From NCBI GenBank assembly GCA_947628905.1, contig CANRBQ010000004.1:1-48813 (forward strand): a DNA stretch of 48,813 nt, given 5' to 3'. The stretch comes from an uncultured Bacilli bacterium. GTDB taxonomy: Bacteria; Bacillota_I; Bacilli_A; RF39; UBA660. Below, in pieces: positions 1-9,243 of the stretch (position 1 is the stretch's first letter; each line of letters opens with the position of its first letter). The notes beneath the pieces were generated by a model. That model was given only the letters and a program-made list of their open reading frames with translations, had not been told where the DNA came from and did no database searches. The position numbers were made by a program, and so were the translations under genes.

Positions 1-1464
1 ACTAAAAAAGTATTATTAGTTTTAGTTGTATTAGTAGCAATAACAACAACTATAGTTTCTTTAAGTTCAAGAGCAAAGTATCAAGTAACTAGTAGTGTTC
101 AAATAGTAAAAGGTAAAGTATCATATCAACCATATGATTTTAAGATAGTAAAAATATACCAAGAAAATGATACAGGAAGTTATGATGAAGTAGATGAAGT
201 ACCAACAACAGAATATGAAATAAATGAAGAAGATAGTAAATGTATGATAGATGATAATACCAAAGATACAGAAGCAATATTAAAAACAATAAATGGTAAT
301 CATACATTTGCTAATCTAAAGAAGATGGATAAGTGTACTGTATATTTTAGTAAAATTCCAACTCCAGAAGATACATTAGCTCAATTAAATAAAGCAAGTG
401 AAAAAGGAACAACAGATGGTTTTACAAATATGGATACAACAGAACATAAAAATAATGAAAAAACAATTATGTATAGTGATGAAGATGATTTAGGAACAAC
501 ATACTATTTTAGAGGCAAAGTAAAAGATAATTGGGTTAAGTTTGGAAAAGAAGGTAATGATGATATATGGTGGCGAATCATCAGAATCAACGGCAATGGT
601 TCAATAAGGATGATATATGCTGGTAAAGGAACTAGTGCTCCAACAAGTGATGGATATTTAAACAATAATAGAACAGGTAGTCAATTACAAATAAGTGGAT
701 ATAATACGTATTCTAATGATAATAAATATGTAGGGTACATGTATGGAACAGATAAAACAGGCAGCGCCACTAAAGAAACCACCCCAACAACTAGTTATGA
801 TCAAGCGCATACTAATAATTTTGATAGTGATATTAAAAAAATATTAGATAATTGGTATAATACTAATCTAAAAACAGAATATGGAAAATACATAGATTCA
901 AATGCTGGATTTTGTAATGATAGAAAAATAGCAACAATAAGTATAAATGACTATGGAACAGAAGGATATGGAAGTTATTCAACAGTATATATAGCAGAAG
1001 ACAGATTAATAAATACAAATTGGAATGCTAATACAAAACATACTCCAACATTCAAGTGTAGTGAAAGATTTAATATATTTTCACTTCCAGGAGCACAAAA
1101 ACCAAATGGAGAAGATTATGGAAATCATAAATTAAGAGCTAACAATGGAACAGGAGAAAATAGTCCAATAGGATTAATAACCATAGATGAAGCAGTATTT
1201 GCAGGAGGATACTATTCTAGACTAGATAATCAATCCGATAATACACAATTTTACTTATATACAGGACAAACTTATTGGACCATGACTCCAGCTTACTTCA
1301 GCATTTACGGCTATGCTACCATATTCATTATACATAAGAATGGCTACCTTGTTGACAATGGTGTGAGCAGTGGGAATGGTGTTCGCCCAGTAATAAATCT
1401 CTCTGCTAATGTTAAATTATCAGGTGAAGGAACATACACCAACCCATATACAATTTCTGATTAA
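1..1464 (+). CDS. 5'-truncated secreted/surface protein, paralog of 34464..35933, with DGR-target-like (CLec/DUF6273-like) C-terminus
   Basis: Frame is open from base 1 (TKKVLLVLVVLVAITTTIVSLSSRAKYQVTSSVQIVKGKVSY), so the true start is upstream of the window, not at 244. Shares the motifs DDLGTTYYFRG, WRIIRINGNGSIRMIY, PIGLIT.DE and WTMTP...GVRPVINL with the paralog. Confidence 0.8.
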   Translation, partial: TKKVLLVLVVLVAITTTIVSLSSRAKYQVTSSVQIVKGKVSYQPYDFKIVKIYQENDTGSYDEVDEVPTTEYEINEEDSKCMIDDNTKDTEAILKTINGNHTFANLKKMDKCTVYFSKIPTPEDTLAQLNKASEKGTTDGFTNMDTTEHKNNEKTIMYSDEDDLGTTYYFRGKVKDNWVKFGKEGNDDIWWRIIRINGNGSIRMIYAGKGTSAPTSDGYLNNNRTGSQLQISGYNTYSNDNKYVGYMYGTDKTGSATKETTPTTSYDQAHTNNFDSDIKKILDNWYNTNLKTEYGKYIDSNAGFCNDRKIATISINDYGTEGYGSYSTVYIAEDRLINTNWNANTKHTPTFKCSERFNIFSLPGAQKPNGEDYGNHKLRANNGTGENSPIGLITIDEAVFAGGYYSRLDNQSDNTQFYLYTGQTYWTMTPAYFSIYGYATIFIIHKNGYLVDNGVSSGNGVRPVINLSANVKLSGEGTYTNPYTISD

Positions 1465-1495
1465 AAATTATAAAATACTTTTATTAATATAAACA

Positions 1496-1565
1496 CTTGC
1501 TCATATTGCTCTAAATTTTTATGTATGGGCAGGAAATATATGCAGGGCTCTCTCCTTGCATTTTT
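1496..1565 (+). ncRNA. conserved 3' structured element: 10-bp stem-loop plus terminator-like hairpin (copy 1)
   Basis: Stem 1496-1505/1524-1533 with loop starting TTGCTCTAA; hairpin 1541-1547/1554-1560 followed by T5. Homologous to 34375..34446 on the minus strand. Confidence 0.6.
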
Positions 1566-1576
1566 AATTGTATATA

Positions 1577-1604
1577 AAAATTGTTAAGCACAAACTTAAC
1601 AATT
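1577..1604 (-). terminator. perfect 11-bp inverted repeat, likely terminator of the convergent operon
   Basis: aaattgttaag-cacaaa-cttaacaattt at the stop of ORF 1604..2098. Confidence 0.6.
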
Positions 1605-2098
1605 TACTTCTTTAATACTATATACTGACTCAACCATTTTTTAAATGCATCATCTTTCTGATATCTATCAGTATCTTCATCATCATCAGCATTCAAATAA
1701 TCAACAATTTCCCCTTCTTTTACAATTATTAAACTTGGGGCTATTTTAACTTTTTCATAAAAAACTGTGTCTTTAAATTCCTCAAATGGTATTTTTAAAA
1801 CATCAATTTTATATTTATCCATAACTTTCTTAAATACACTATCACAAGGTATAGGAAAGTTACAATAATTATTATAAGTAAATAGCAAAAATGTTTTTTT
1901 ATTATTTACTAAATCTTCTACCTTTTTATTATCAATCTGAATATAATTACCATCTTTATAATATTCACTATCTAACATAAATTGATTATCATTTTTTTCT
2001 ACTTCTTTATCATTATTAAAAAAATAAAAAGCTAATATTCCACCAATTATAACTAATAAAATAATTCCCCCAATTATCCAAAATTTTTTATTCTTCAT
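1604..2098 (-). CDS. membrane-anchored thioredoxin-fold protein (C-x5-C)
   Basis: N-terminal TM helix; FLLFTYNNYCNFPIPC and PSLIIVKEGEIV resemble a thioredoxin fold; coupled to the upstream gene by a TAATG overlap. Confidence 0.6.
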   Translation of the reverse strand: MKNKKFWIIGGIILLVIIGGILAFYFFNNDKEVEKNDNQFMLDSEYYKDGNYIQIDNKKVEDLVNNKKTFLLFTYNNYCNFPIPCDSVFKKVMDKYKIDVLKIPFEEFKDTVFYEKVKIAPSLIIVKEGEIVDYLNADDDEDTDRYQKDDAFKKWLSQYIVLKK

Positions 2099-2787
2099 TA
2101 TTTAACCTCAGTAAGTAAACTAAAATCAATATCATGATATGTCACTTTCCAAAAATCATAAACAGTTTTATTATTTTTATTAACTCTTTTTACTTCTACT
2201 TTATTATTACCTTCATAATACCAGTAACCACCAACATTATATATTTTATCTTTATCCCAACCTAAAGCAATTAGCATATTCTTAGTCATTCCAGCATAGC
2301 CTCCCCCGCCACACATTAAGAATATATTTTTATCTTTAGGAAAATAATATTCCAAAATATCTAAAGACTCTTCATAATTTGCCGTATATTTTCCATCATC
2401 TGAAACTGTAAATAAAGTTTTACCAGTATATGTTTTACCAACTTCATCAGGAAGTCCAGTAACATTAACAAGAAGTGGATATGGTACAACTTCAAAGCCT
2501 TTCACAAAACCTGAAAGATAAGAATCTCCCCCTATAGCTTCATAATTTCCAGGATCTTTTAACATTCTCATATCAACATAAACACTATCTTCCCTATTTA
2601 AATAGTTATCTATTGTAGATTCATTAATATTTTTATCAATTCCAAACTGTTCTCCTCTAATACCTCCTGTAACCTCAGGTTTTGGTAATTCAACTAATAA
2701 TTCTTTTTCTTCTTCCTTTCCACTAGAACAAGCACAAAGAGTAATACATAGTATTCCCATTAAAAATAATCTTAAACTTTTTTTCAT
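2098..2787 (-). CDS. rhodanese-like domain lipoprotein
   Basis: Lipobox LCAC; VYVDMR and IFLMCGGGGYA (rhodanese active-site Cys loop); IYNVGG motif. Confidence 0.7.
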   Translation of the reverse strand: MKKSLRLFLMGILCITLCACSSGKEEEKELLVELPKPEVTGGIRGEQFGIDKNINESTIDNYLNREDSVYVDMRMLKDPGNYEAIGGDSYLSGFVKGFEVVPYPLLVNVTGLPDEVGKTYTGKTLFTVSDDGKYTANYEESLDILEYYFPKDKNIFLMCGGGGYAGMTKNMLIALGWDKDKIYNVGGYWYYEGNNKVEVKRVNKNNKTVYDFWKVTYHDIDFSLLTEVK

Positions 2788-2881
2788 ATTTCTTCTCCTT
2801 TTCTGCTATAATTTTATCATTTCTAAAATTTACAAGCAATAACTTTAAAGTTGAAATACTCAACTAAAAGTTGAATCAATA

Positions 2882-3586
2882 TTAATTAACTCCACAACTA
2901 TCATTTAAATCTAAAGGTATCTTATAAGTAGTAATCTTATTATCATTATCTGTTGCATTTATCATTAAATAAAGAGTATTATCATGATAATCTTTACAAG
3001 ATTTTTTATAATCATCAACGGCTAATGTAACTTTTTGTAAAAAATCTTCTAATTTAATAGTTTTATTTTTATTATACTTATAAGAACTAATAATCTTTTG
3101 AGTATCTTCATCACCTTCATATAAAGTACATTCAATATCTTTATAATCGGAAGTATCATTACCTCCACAATACTGAATATTTGTTATATAAATAGAAGAT
3201 TTTTTATCATTATAAGCAATATTCCCCGAAATATTAAAATTATCACATCCACTAGATAATGTTTTAAAAGCAAAATCACTTTTATCTTTAACTAAAAACC
3301 AAATTATCAATCCTAAAACTATAACTATTAATAATAAACCAATTATTATTAAAATCTTTTTACTTTTCTTATTTTCTTTATATTCTCCCTGAAATAATTC
3401 TTCCAAACTAACATTAAAATCTTTACTAATTTCTTTAATTAAAGTAATATCAGGCATATTTTTTCCTGTTTCCCACTTACTAACAGCCTGATAAGTAACA
3501 TTATATTTATCAGCAAATTCCTTCTGTGTCATATTATTTTTTAATCTTAAATCTCTAATAAACTGTCCAAATTTCTCTTGATTCAC
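2882..3586 (-). CDS. XRE-family HTH regulator with TM helix and extracellular domain
   Basis: QKEFADKYNVTYQAVSKWETGKNMPD HTH followed by a hydrophobic segment. Confidence 0.85.
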   Translation of the reverse strand: MNQEKFGQFIRDLRLKNNMTQKEFADKYNVTYQAVSKWETGKNMPDITLIKEISKDFNVSLEELFQGEYKENKKSKKILIIIGLLLIVIVLGLIIWFLVKDKSDFAFKTLSSGCDNFNISGNIAYNDKKSSIYITNIQYCGGNDTSDYKDIECTLYEGDEDTQKIISSYKYNKNKTIKLEDFLQKVTLAVDDYKKSCKDYHDNTLYLMINATDNDNKITTYKIPLDLNDSCGVN

Positions 3587-3750
3587 TATAATTCACTTCC
3601 CAAATACTATTTTGTTGTTAAAACTATTATAACAATTTATTTTCTTTAGGAAAAGTATAGAAAAGAAAAAAGTAATAATTTTTAATCAAAATATTCTAAT
3701 TAAATAAATAAGGATTGTCCCTATAAATTATAAGTACAATCCTAAAATAA

Positions 3751-6700
3751 TTATTTTTCTCTTACCAAAAATCTATCTAAACTACTAAGCATTTCAGGTA
3801 ATAATAACAAAATTAATATCGTAGAACATAATGTTCCTTCTGAAATAGTTATACAAATTTGAGCTGTAATCGCCGATGCAAAATAACCAACAATTAAAGT
3901 TACTAAAACCAAAATTGAAGCACTAGTTAATATAGTATGTATTGATTTATTATAAGCTTCTAAAACTGAATCTTTAACATCTAATTTCTTTCTAGCTTCT
4001 AAATAATAAGAAGTATAAAGAATTGCATAGTCAATTGTGGCTCCCATTAATATACATTGAACTATTAAAAGAGCTATAAAATAAACAGTTCCACTTTGAA
4101 CAAATAATATTCCCATAGTTAAATACACCGCGGTTTGAATTAATAATACTAAAATAATTGGAATTAATATTGATTTAAAAGTAAATAATACTACAACAAA
4201 AATAAATATAATTGTAAGTATTGTTATTAAATTAAGCTCACTTTGGAATGTTTTACTCATCTCTAAAGCCATCGGAGAATTTCCAATTAAATAAGAATCC
4301 TTTAAAGATAATTCTTTCTTTAAATCTTCCATAAAATTAAATACTTCTTTATCTTCTAAATCAAATGTTGTATTTAACACTAATCTTGAATATTTATCCC
4401 CTACCAAATTTTTATAAGCATCACTTACCATATCTAAAGAAGAAACAATATTATTTCTCATATCTTGATTAATAAAATCATCAAATCTTTCATCTAATAT
4501 TATATCTTTATTTAAATAACTAACAAACTCATCAATAGTTAATCTTAAACTATCATCATAATTATAAACACTTCCATAATAAATATATAATAAATCTATT
4601 AAATTTTTATCTAAATTATTAGATAGATTACTTAATAAATTATATAATTCATCTTTATTATATTTTTTGTTATTAATACTATTATCCATAACTTTTTTAA
4701 GTATTTTAATTTTTGAAACTTTATTTTTATCAAAATTAGCTCCATATGTTTTATTAGGAATAACATCATTTATTAAAAAATTAACAAAATCTTTATATGA
4801 TATTAAAACATTATTCTTTAAATAATTAATTTCATATACTCCATATAAAAGTTTAACTTGTTCTTTATCTAAATTTAATAATTCACTTAAAGCTAATTTA
4901 TCATAAGAAATATTATTTATTACACTATTCATAATACTATTTAAAAATACTAAACTATTTATAGTTTCTGGTGTAATACTCTTTAAATTTTCATCACTTT
5001 GATGTTCTATTATAAAATTAATAAAATGATAAGGACTTATTTTTATATTATCTTTAAAATATAATATATAAATATTATTAGTGATCTCTTCACTTATTCT
5101 TAAAAAATTAGCCATTTCTAAATAATTATAATCTTTATTATTTAAAACACTATCCATAACTCCCAATATAGTCTTTAATTTACTAAAAGATACTTCATCT
5201 AAACTATCAGCAATATTTTGATTATTTAAAATACTATTAATAAATTGATAAGGAGTCAATAAATAATTATCAATATCATCACTACCCCTATTTAAAGTAT
5301 AAATATTTCTAACTAATTCTTCACTAATCCCTAAAAGATTACTCATCTCTTGATAATTAACTTCTTTATTTATTAAATCTATATTACTAAATGTTTTTAA
5401 TTCTTTAATCTCTGCTCTTAAATTATCATCAAACATTTCAGCATAACTATCATTATCAGCTATAACACTTATAAAATTTATAAAATCAGTTAAAGATAAT
5501 TTATAATCTTTAATATTTAAACTTAAATAATATAAATAAAGATTATTTACACTTGAAAGATCAAACTTTAAAAAATCAGCCATTTCCCTACTATTTAAAT
5601 CTCTATTAATAAATTCTTTATTTGTAAAAGTACTAATCATATTTAAATTATTAATAGTATTATTATCTATATTTTTTCCATATTCACTATTTAAAACATA
5701 ATTATTCATAAAATTTATAAACTCTTCTAAAGTCATTTTTGTATTACTATGTAAAGATTCATAAAATATAAATAAATCATTAATATCTGTTTCTTTTATT
5801 CCTAAAACATTAGCAATTTCTTTTTTACTATGTCCTTTATTTAAAGAATTAATATTAGCAAAATTAGATAATTTATTAATATTATTCTTCATATCACTAG
5901 ATATTTGTTCATTCATTTTATTATTGTTATATACATACTGAGGAATAAACTTCAAAAGTTGATCTAAACTTATCAAATTATTTTCTTCATTATAATATTT
6001 ATAAAAGATAATTTTTAAAAGATAATCATCAATATCCATCTGAACATCTAAATCTTTTAATTTATTTTTTAAATCTTCATAACTTAACTTTTCATTAATC
6101 GTATTACCATAACATAATACTTCTTTTACTTTAGGATTATTTATATTTTTACAAACATTTGCCACCTTATCTTCATCTTTATTATTATATATTAATGCTA
6201 ATTCATTATTTTCCCCAAATACTTCTTTTATTTTACTATCTCCAGTATCCGTATAAAGAATCCCTAAATTACCTTTAAAAATATAACTCCCACCTAAAAC
6301 TAAAAGAAAAACCACAATTCCTAAATATCTAAACTTATAAGCTAAATTACCCAAAAATTTTAAATTAAATGTTGGACTTTTCTTTTTAGTTTTAATTATT
6401 AACTTATTAAACATTAAAATAAATGCTGGTAAACAAGTAAAAATTGTAAGTAAACTAAATAGTACTCCTTTAGCTAAAACAAACCCTAAATCCCTTCCAA
6501 TTGCAAAACTCATAAATACTAAAGCTAATAATCCCACGATTGTTGTTATAGAACTACTTGAAATAGATTTAAATGATGCATATAAAGCTTTTTTCATAGC
6601 TTTAATATCATCTTCTTCATATTCTTTTTCCTGTCTATATCTGTTAATTAACATAATAGAATAATCCATTGAAAGAGCTAATTGCAATATCGCACATATC

Positions 6701-7332
6701 GAATTAGTAATACTAGAAATAGAACTAAACATAATATTAGTTCCTTTATTTATTATTACTGCCATACCAATTGCAACTAAAAATAAAATAGGCTCTATAT
6801 AGGAATCACACATAATAATTAATATAATTAAAGCACAAAATATTGCCAAACAAACAATCCAAGAAGGTAATATAGTTTTAAATTCTTCATGAATATCCCC
6901 AGACATATAAATATTATATTCTTTATCTAAATTACTAACTTCTTCATATACATTTTTCGCTAACTTAGAATCTTTATCATCATTAACTGTAATTTCATAT
7001 AAAGTATAATTATCTTTATTATAATCCCCATTATTCTCATATTTAACTTCTATATCATCACTTATATTTTTTAAATTATCATATATTTTATCTTTTTCTT
7101 TATCACTCAAACCTTCAAACATAACATTTAAAGAACTAGTAGCTATATCCCCAAATTCATCATCCATAATATCCATACCAATTCTTGTTTCACTTGTTTT
7201 ATTTAAATATTTTGTAATATCTCTATTAACATTAACCTTAGTTGCTAAAAAGAAACAAATACCCGTAAAAACTATCATAAAAAATAAAATTACTTTTCTA
7301 AAATCTACTAAAAAATCCGTTATTTTTTTCAC
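3751..7332 (-). CDS. MMPL/RND-family transporter with large repeat insertion
   Basis: Two TM clusters with LALSMDYSIML and GATIDYAIL motifs. Confidence 0.85.
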   Translation of the reverse strand: MKKITDFLVDFRKVILFFMIVFTGICFFLATKVNVNRDITKYLNKTSETRIGMDIMDDEFGDIATSSLNVMFEGLSDKEKDKIYDNLKNISDDIEVKYENNGDYNKDNYTLYEITVNDDKDSKLAKNVYEEVSNLDKEYNIYMSGDIHEEFKTILPSWIVCLAIFCALIILIIMCDSYIEPILFLVAIGMAVIINKGTNIMFSSISSITNSICAILQLALSMDYSIMLINRYRQEKEYEEDDIKAMKKALYASFKSISSSSITTIVGLLALVFMSFAIGRDLGFVLAKGVLFSLLTIFTCLPAFILMFNKLIIKTKKKSPTFNLKFLGNLAYKFRYLGIVVFLLVLGGSYIFKGNLGILYTDTGDSKIKEVFGENNELALIYNNKDEDKVANVCKNINNPKVKEVLCYGNTINEKLSYEDLKNKLKDLDVQMDIDDYLLKIIFYKYYNEENNLISLDQLLKFIPQYVYNNNKMNEQISSDMKNNINKLSNFANINSLNKGHSKKEIANVLGIKETDINDLFIFYESLHSNTKMTLEEFINFMNNYVLNSEYGKNIDNNTINNLNMISTFTNKEFINRDLNSREMADFLKFDLSSVNNLYLYYLSLNIKDYKLSLTDFINFISVIADNDSYAEMFDDNLRAEIKELKTFSNIDLINKEVNYQEMSNLLGISEELVRNIYTLNRGSDDIDNYLLTPYQFINSILNNQNIADSLDEVSFSKLKTILGVMDSVLNNKDYNYLEMANFLRISEEITNNIYILYFKDNIKISPYHFINFIIEHQSDENLKSITPETINSLVFLNSIMNSVINNISYDKLALSELLNLDKEQVKLLYGVYEINYLKNNVLISYKDFVNFLINDVIPNKTYGANFDKNKVSKIKILKKVMDNSINNKKYNKDELYNLLSNLSNNLDKNLIDLLYIYYGSVYNYDDSLRLTIDEFVSYLNKDIILDERFDDFINQDMRNNIVSSLDMVSDAYKNLVGDKYSRLVLNTTFDLEDKEVFNFMEDLKKELSLKDSYLIGNSPMALEMSKTFQSELNLITILTIIFIFVVVLFTFKSILIPIILVLLIQTAVYLTMGILFVQSGTVYFIALLIVQCILMGATIDYAILYTSYYLEARKKLDVKDSVLEAYNKSIHTILTSASILVLVTLIVGYFASAITAQICITISEGTLCSTILILLLLPEMLSSLDRFLVREK

Positions 7333-7480
7333 TTTTAATTATCCCCTTTCACACGAAATCTATTCCATTTTACTCTTTTCTATTTAAAAGTTTAACAACA
7401 AATAAACACAAAATGTAAAAATTTAAACAAAAAGTGCAATTTTGTTAAAAATATGTTATAATATATTTCAGGTGATATCC

Positions 7481-8014
7481 ATGAAACTAAAAGGAATAAA
7501 TGCTTCTTCCAAAAAAACTATCAATCTTATAAAAAAAACTTTTATAGAACTTGTAGCCGAAAAAAAAGAAATAAAAAACATTACAGTAACTGAATTAGTA
7601 AAAAGAGCTAATATTACTAGAGGTGCTTTTTATTCCCATTATGATAACATATATGAAATTGCCGAAGAATTTCAAGAAGAAATATTTGAAAATATTTTTG
7701 ATCAAGAAGTATATAAAACTTATAATGACATAAATAAATACTTCGATCATATATTTAATTACTTAGAAACTAATAAAAATATTTATCAAAAACTTTTAAC
7801 TAGTGATGATACCATGCTATTTGTTAAAAGAATAACTAAAAAAATATCAACAACCCTTCTAAAAAATCTTCCTAATAAAAATGAATTAGATATTATATTT
7901 TTTACTGAAGGCACAATAAACCTAATTATTAAATATTTTAAAGGAGAAATAACTGAAGATTTAAAAGATATAAATACTTACATCAAAAATCTAGCTAAAA
8001 CTCTCTTTTATTAA
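7481..8014 (+). CDS. TetR/AcrR-family regulator divergent from the MMPL gene
   Basis: ITVTELVKRANITRGAFYSHY; RBS GGTGA precedes ATG at 7481. Confidence 0.9.
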   Translation: MKLKGINASSKKTINLIKKTFIELVAEKKEIKNITVTELVKRANITRGAFYSHYDNIYEIAEEFQEEIFENIFDQEVYKTYNDINKYFDHIFNYLETNKNIYQKLLTSDDTMLFVKRITKKISTTLLKNLPNKNELDIIFFTEGTINLIIKYFKGEITEDLKDINTYIKNLAKTLFY

Positions 8015-8017
8015 ATA

Positions 8018-8368
8018 TTAATCTATACTTAATCCCAAAGTACCATTATTAATTATTTTTTCTAATATTGGTTCAATTTTATGCAAATCTTTTAATAATC
8101 TTTTATATTCTTTATCATTTTTATACTCTTTTTCATCCAATGCATAAATAATATATCTACTTGCAGCCACAATAAGTAGCATCTTAGCTATATCTCCTAA
8201 TTCTAATCCCTTAAACTTATTCTTCCAATACTTATAAGCCAAATAAGCATTAAAATACCAATAATGAACATCTAAAACTTCATCATAATAAGTATCAACC
8301 AACTCCATTTCTTCTTTCTTATAGCATATAAAATATACTTCCACATTTTCTGTACTACTTTTATACAT
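8018..8368 (-). CDS. hypothetical protein
   Basis: 116-aa ORF with RBS (GAGG) upstream; no motif recognised. Confidence 0.6.
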   Translation of the reverse strand: MYKSSTENVEVYFICYKKEEMELVDTYYDEVLDVHYWYFNAYLAYKYWKNKFKGLELGDIAKMLLIVAASRYIIYALDEKEYKNDKEYKRLLKDLHKIEPILEKIINNGTLGLSID

Positions 8369-8519
8369 ATGTTCGCCTCTTTTCTATGCTATAATCATAA
8401 TACATAATTTTAAATTAGTCAAATTGCAGATATTACAAAATCTGCTAGACAATTTTATAATTTCTGCTAAAACAAAATTAAATATTTATTCCCCAAAAAT
8501 ATAAAATTGGTAAAAATGC

Positions 8520-8549
8520 AAAAAAAAAATGATAAATTTCTTTATCATT
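8520..8549 (-). terminator. intrinsic terminator
   Basis: aatgataaa-tttc-tttatcatt stem with a long A tract (U tract on minus) just after ORF 8552..9175. Confidence 0.7.
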
Positions 8550-8551
8550 CC

Positions 8552-9175
8552 TTAACTTGTTGCTTGTGTCTCATCAACTTCACTAACAACAAACAATTTC
8601 AAGCTAACCGCTGTATCATTAAGCTCATCAGTTACTTGATTTTCATCTACCCAAACACGAATATATTTAGTTTTAGTAGAATCACCAGCAGCCAAAGTAC
8701 CTTCATCAATTTTATATGCTGTACAATCTGTCGTACAAGCAGAATCCTCTTTATTAGTAATAGAATAAGTATCAGTATTAACAAAAGCTTTAGCCTCTGT
8801 TGCACTATTGCTATCATCACTTATCGCTAACTTTAATTTTGAAACATCTATACTATTTGAATTATCTGCATATATATATATTTTATATTTATTTGGCAAA
8901 TTACTATTATTACCATTAGCATCCGAATTTTTTATAGTATACCCCATTGGATTCTCTAAACCAAGCCCCGCAGTATCACCAATAACTTCTAAAGAATCTA
9001 AACTACTAGCTCCCGTTATAGTAACTTTCAAAGTACCAGCAGTTATAACCTGATCACCAGATGCATGTATATCAAAAAATATGGCATAACTAACACCCAT
9101 TGCCGCCATCGCTACAAGAACAACTGCGATAGCAATTATTGTGGTTTGTTTCTTGATAATATCCTTTACTTTCAT
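8552..9175 (-). CDS. secreted protein with SipW-type (TasA/CalY-like) signal peptide
   Basis: Hydrophobic N-terminus then GVSYAIFFD...VITAGTLKVTI, resembling the SipW-cognate pattern. Confidence 0.6.
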   Translation of the reverse strand: MKVKDIIKKQTTIIAIAVVLVAMAAMGVSYAIFFDIHASGDQVITAGTLKVTITGASSLDSLEVIGDTAGLGLENPMGYTIKNSDANGNNSNLPNKYKIYIYADNSNSIDVSKLKLAISDDSNSATEAKAFVNTDTYSITNKEDSACTTDCTAYKIDEGTLAAGDSTKTKYIRVWVDENQVTDELNDTAVSLKLFVVSEVDETQATS

Positions 9176-9207
9176 ATACTATCACCATAGTATAATAATA
9201 CCATAAA

Positions 9208-9241
9208 AAAGTGATAAATTACAATAGTATTTTATCACTTT
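9208..9241. terminator. 11-bp inverted repeat (terminator overlapping the next promoter)
   Basis: aaagtgataaa ... tttatcacttt. Confidence 0.5.
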
Positions 9242-9243
9242 AT

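Noticed and set aside
244-1464. ATG at 244 as gene start
   Set aside because: The frame is open from base 1 and encodes a signal helix homologous to the paralog's N-terminus; the true start is outside the window.
8507-9053. Plus-strand ORFs 8507..8830 and 8808..9053
   Set aside because: Antisense shadows of 8552..9175 with no RBS or motif.
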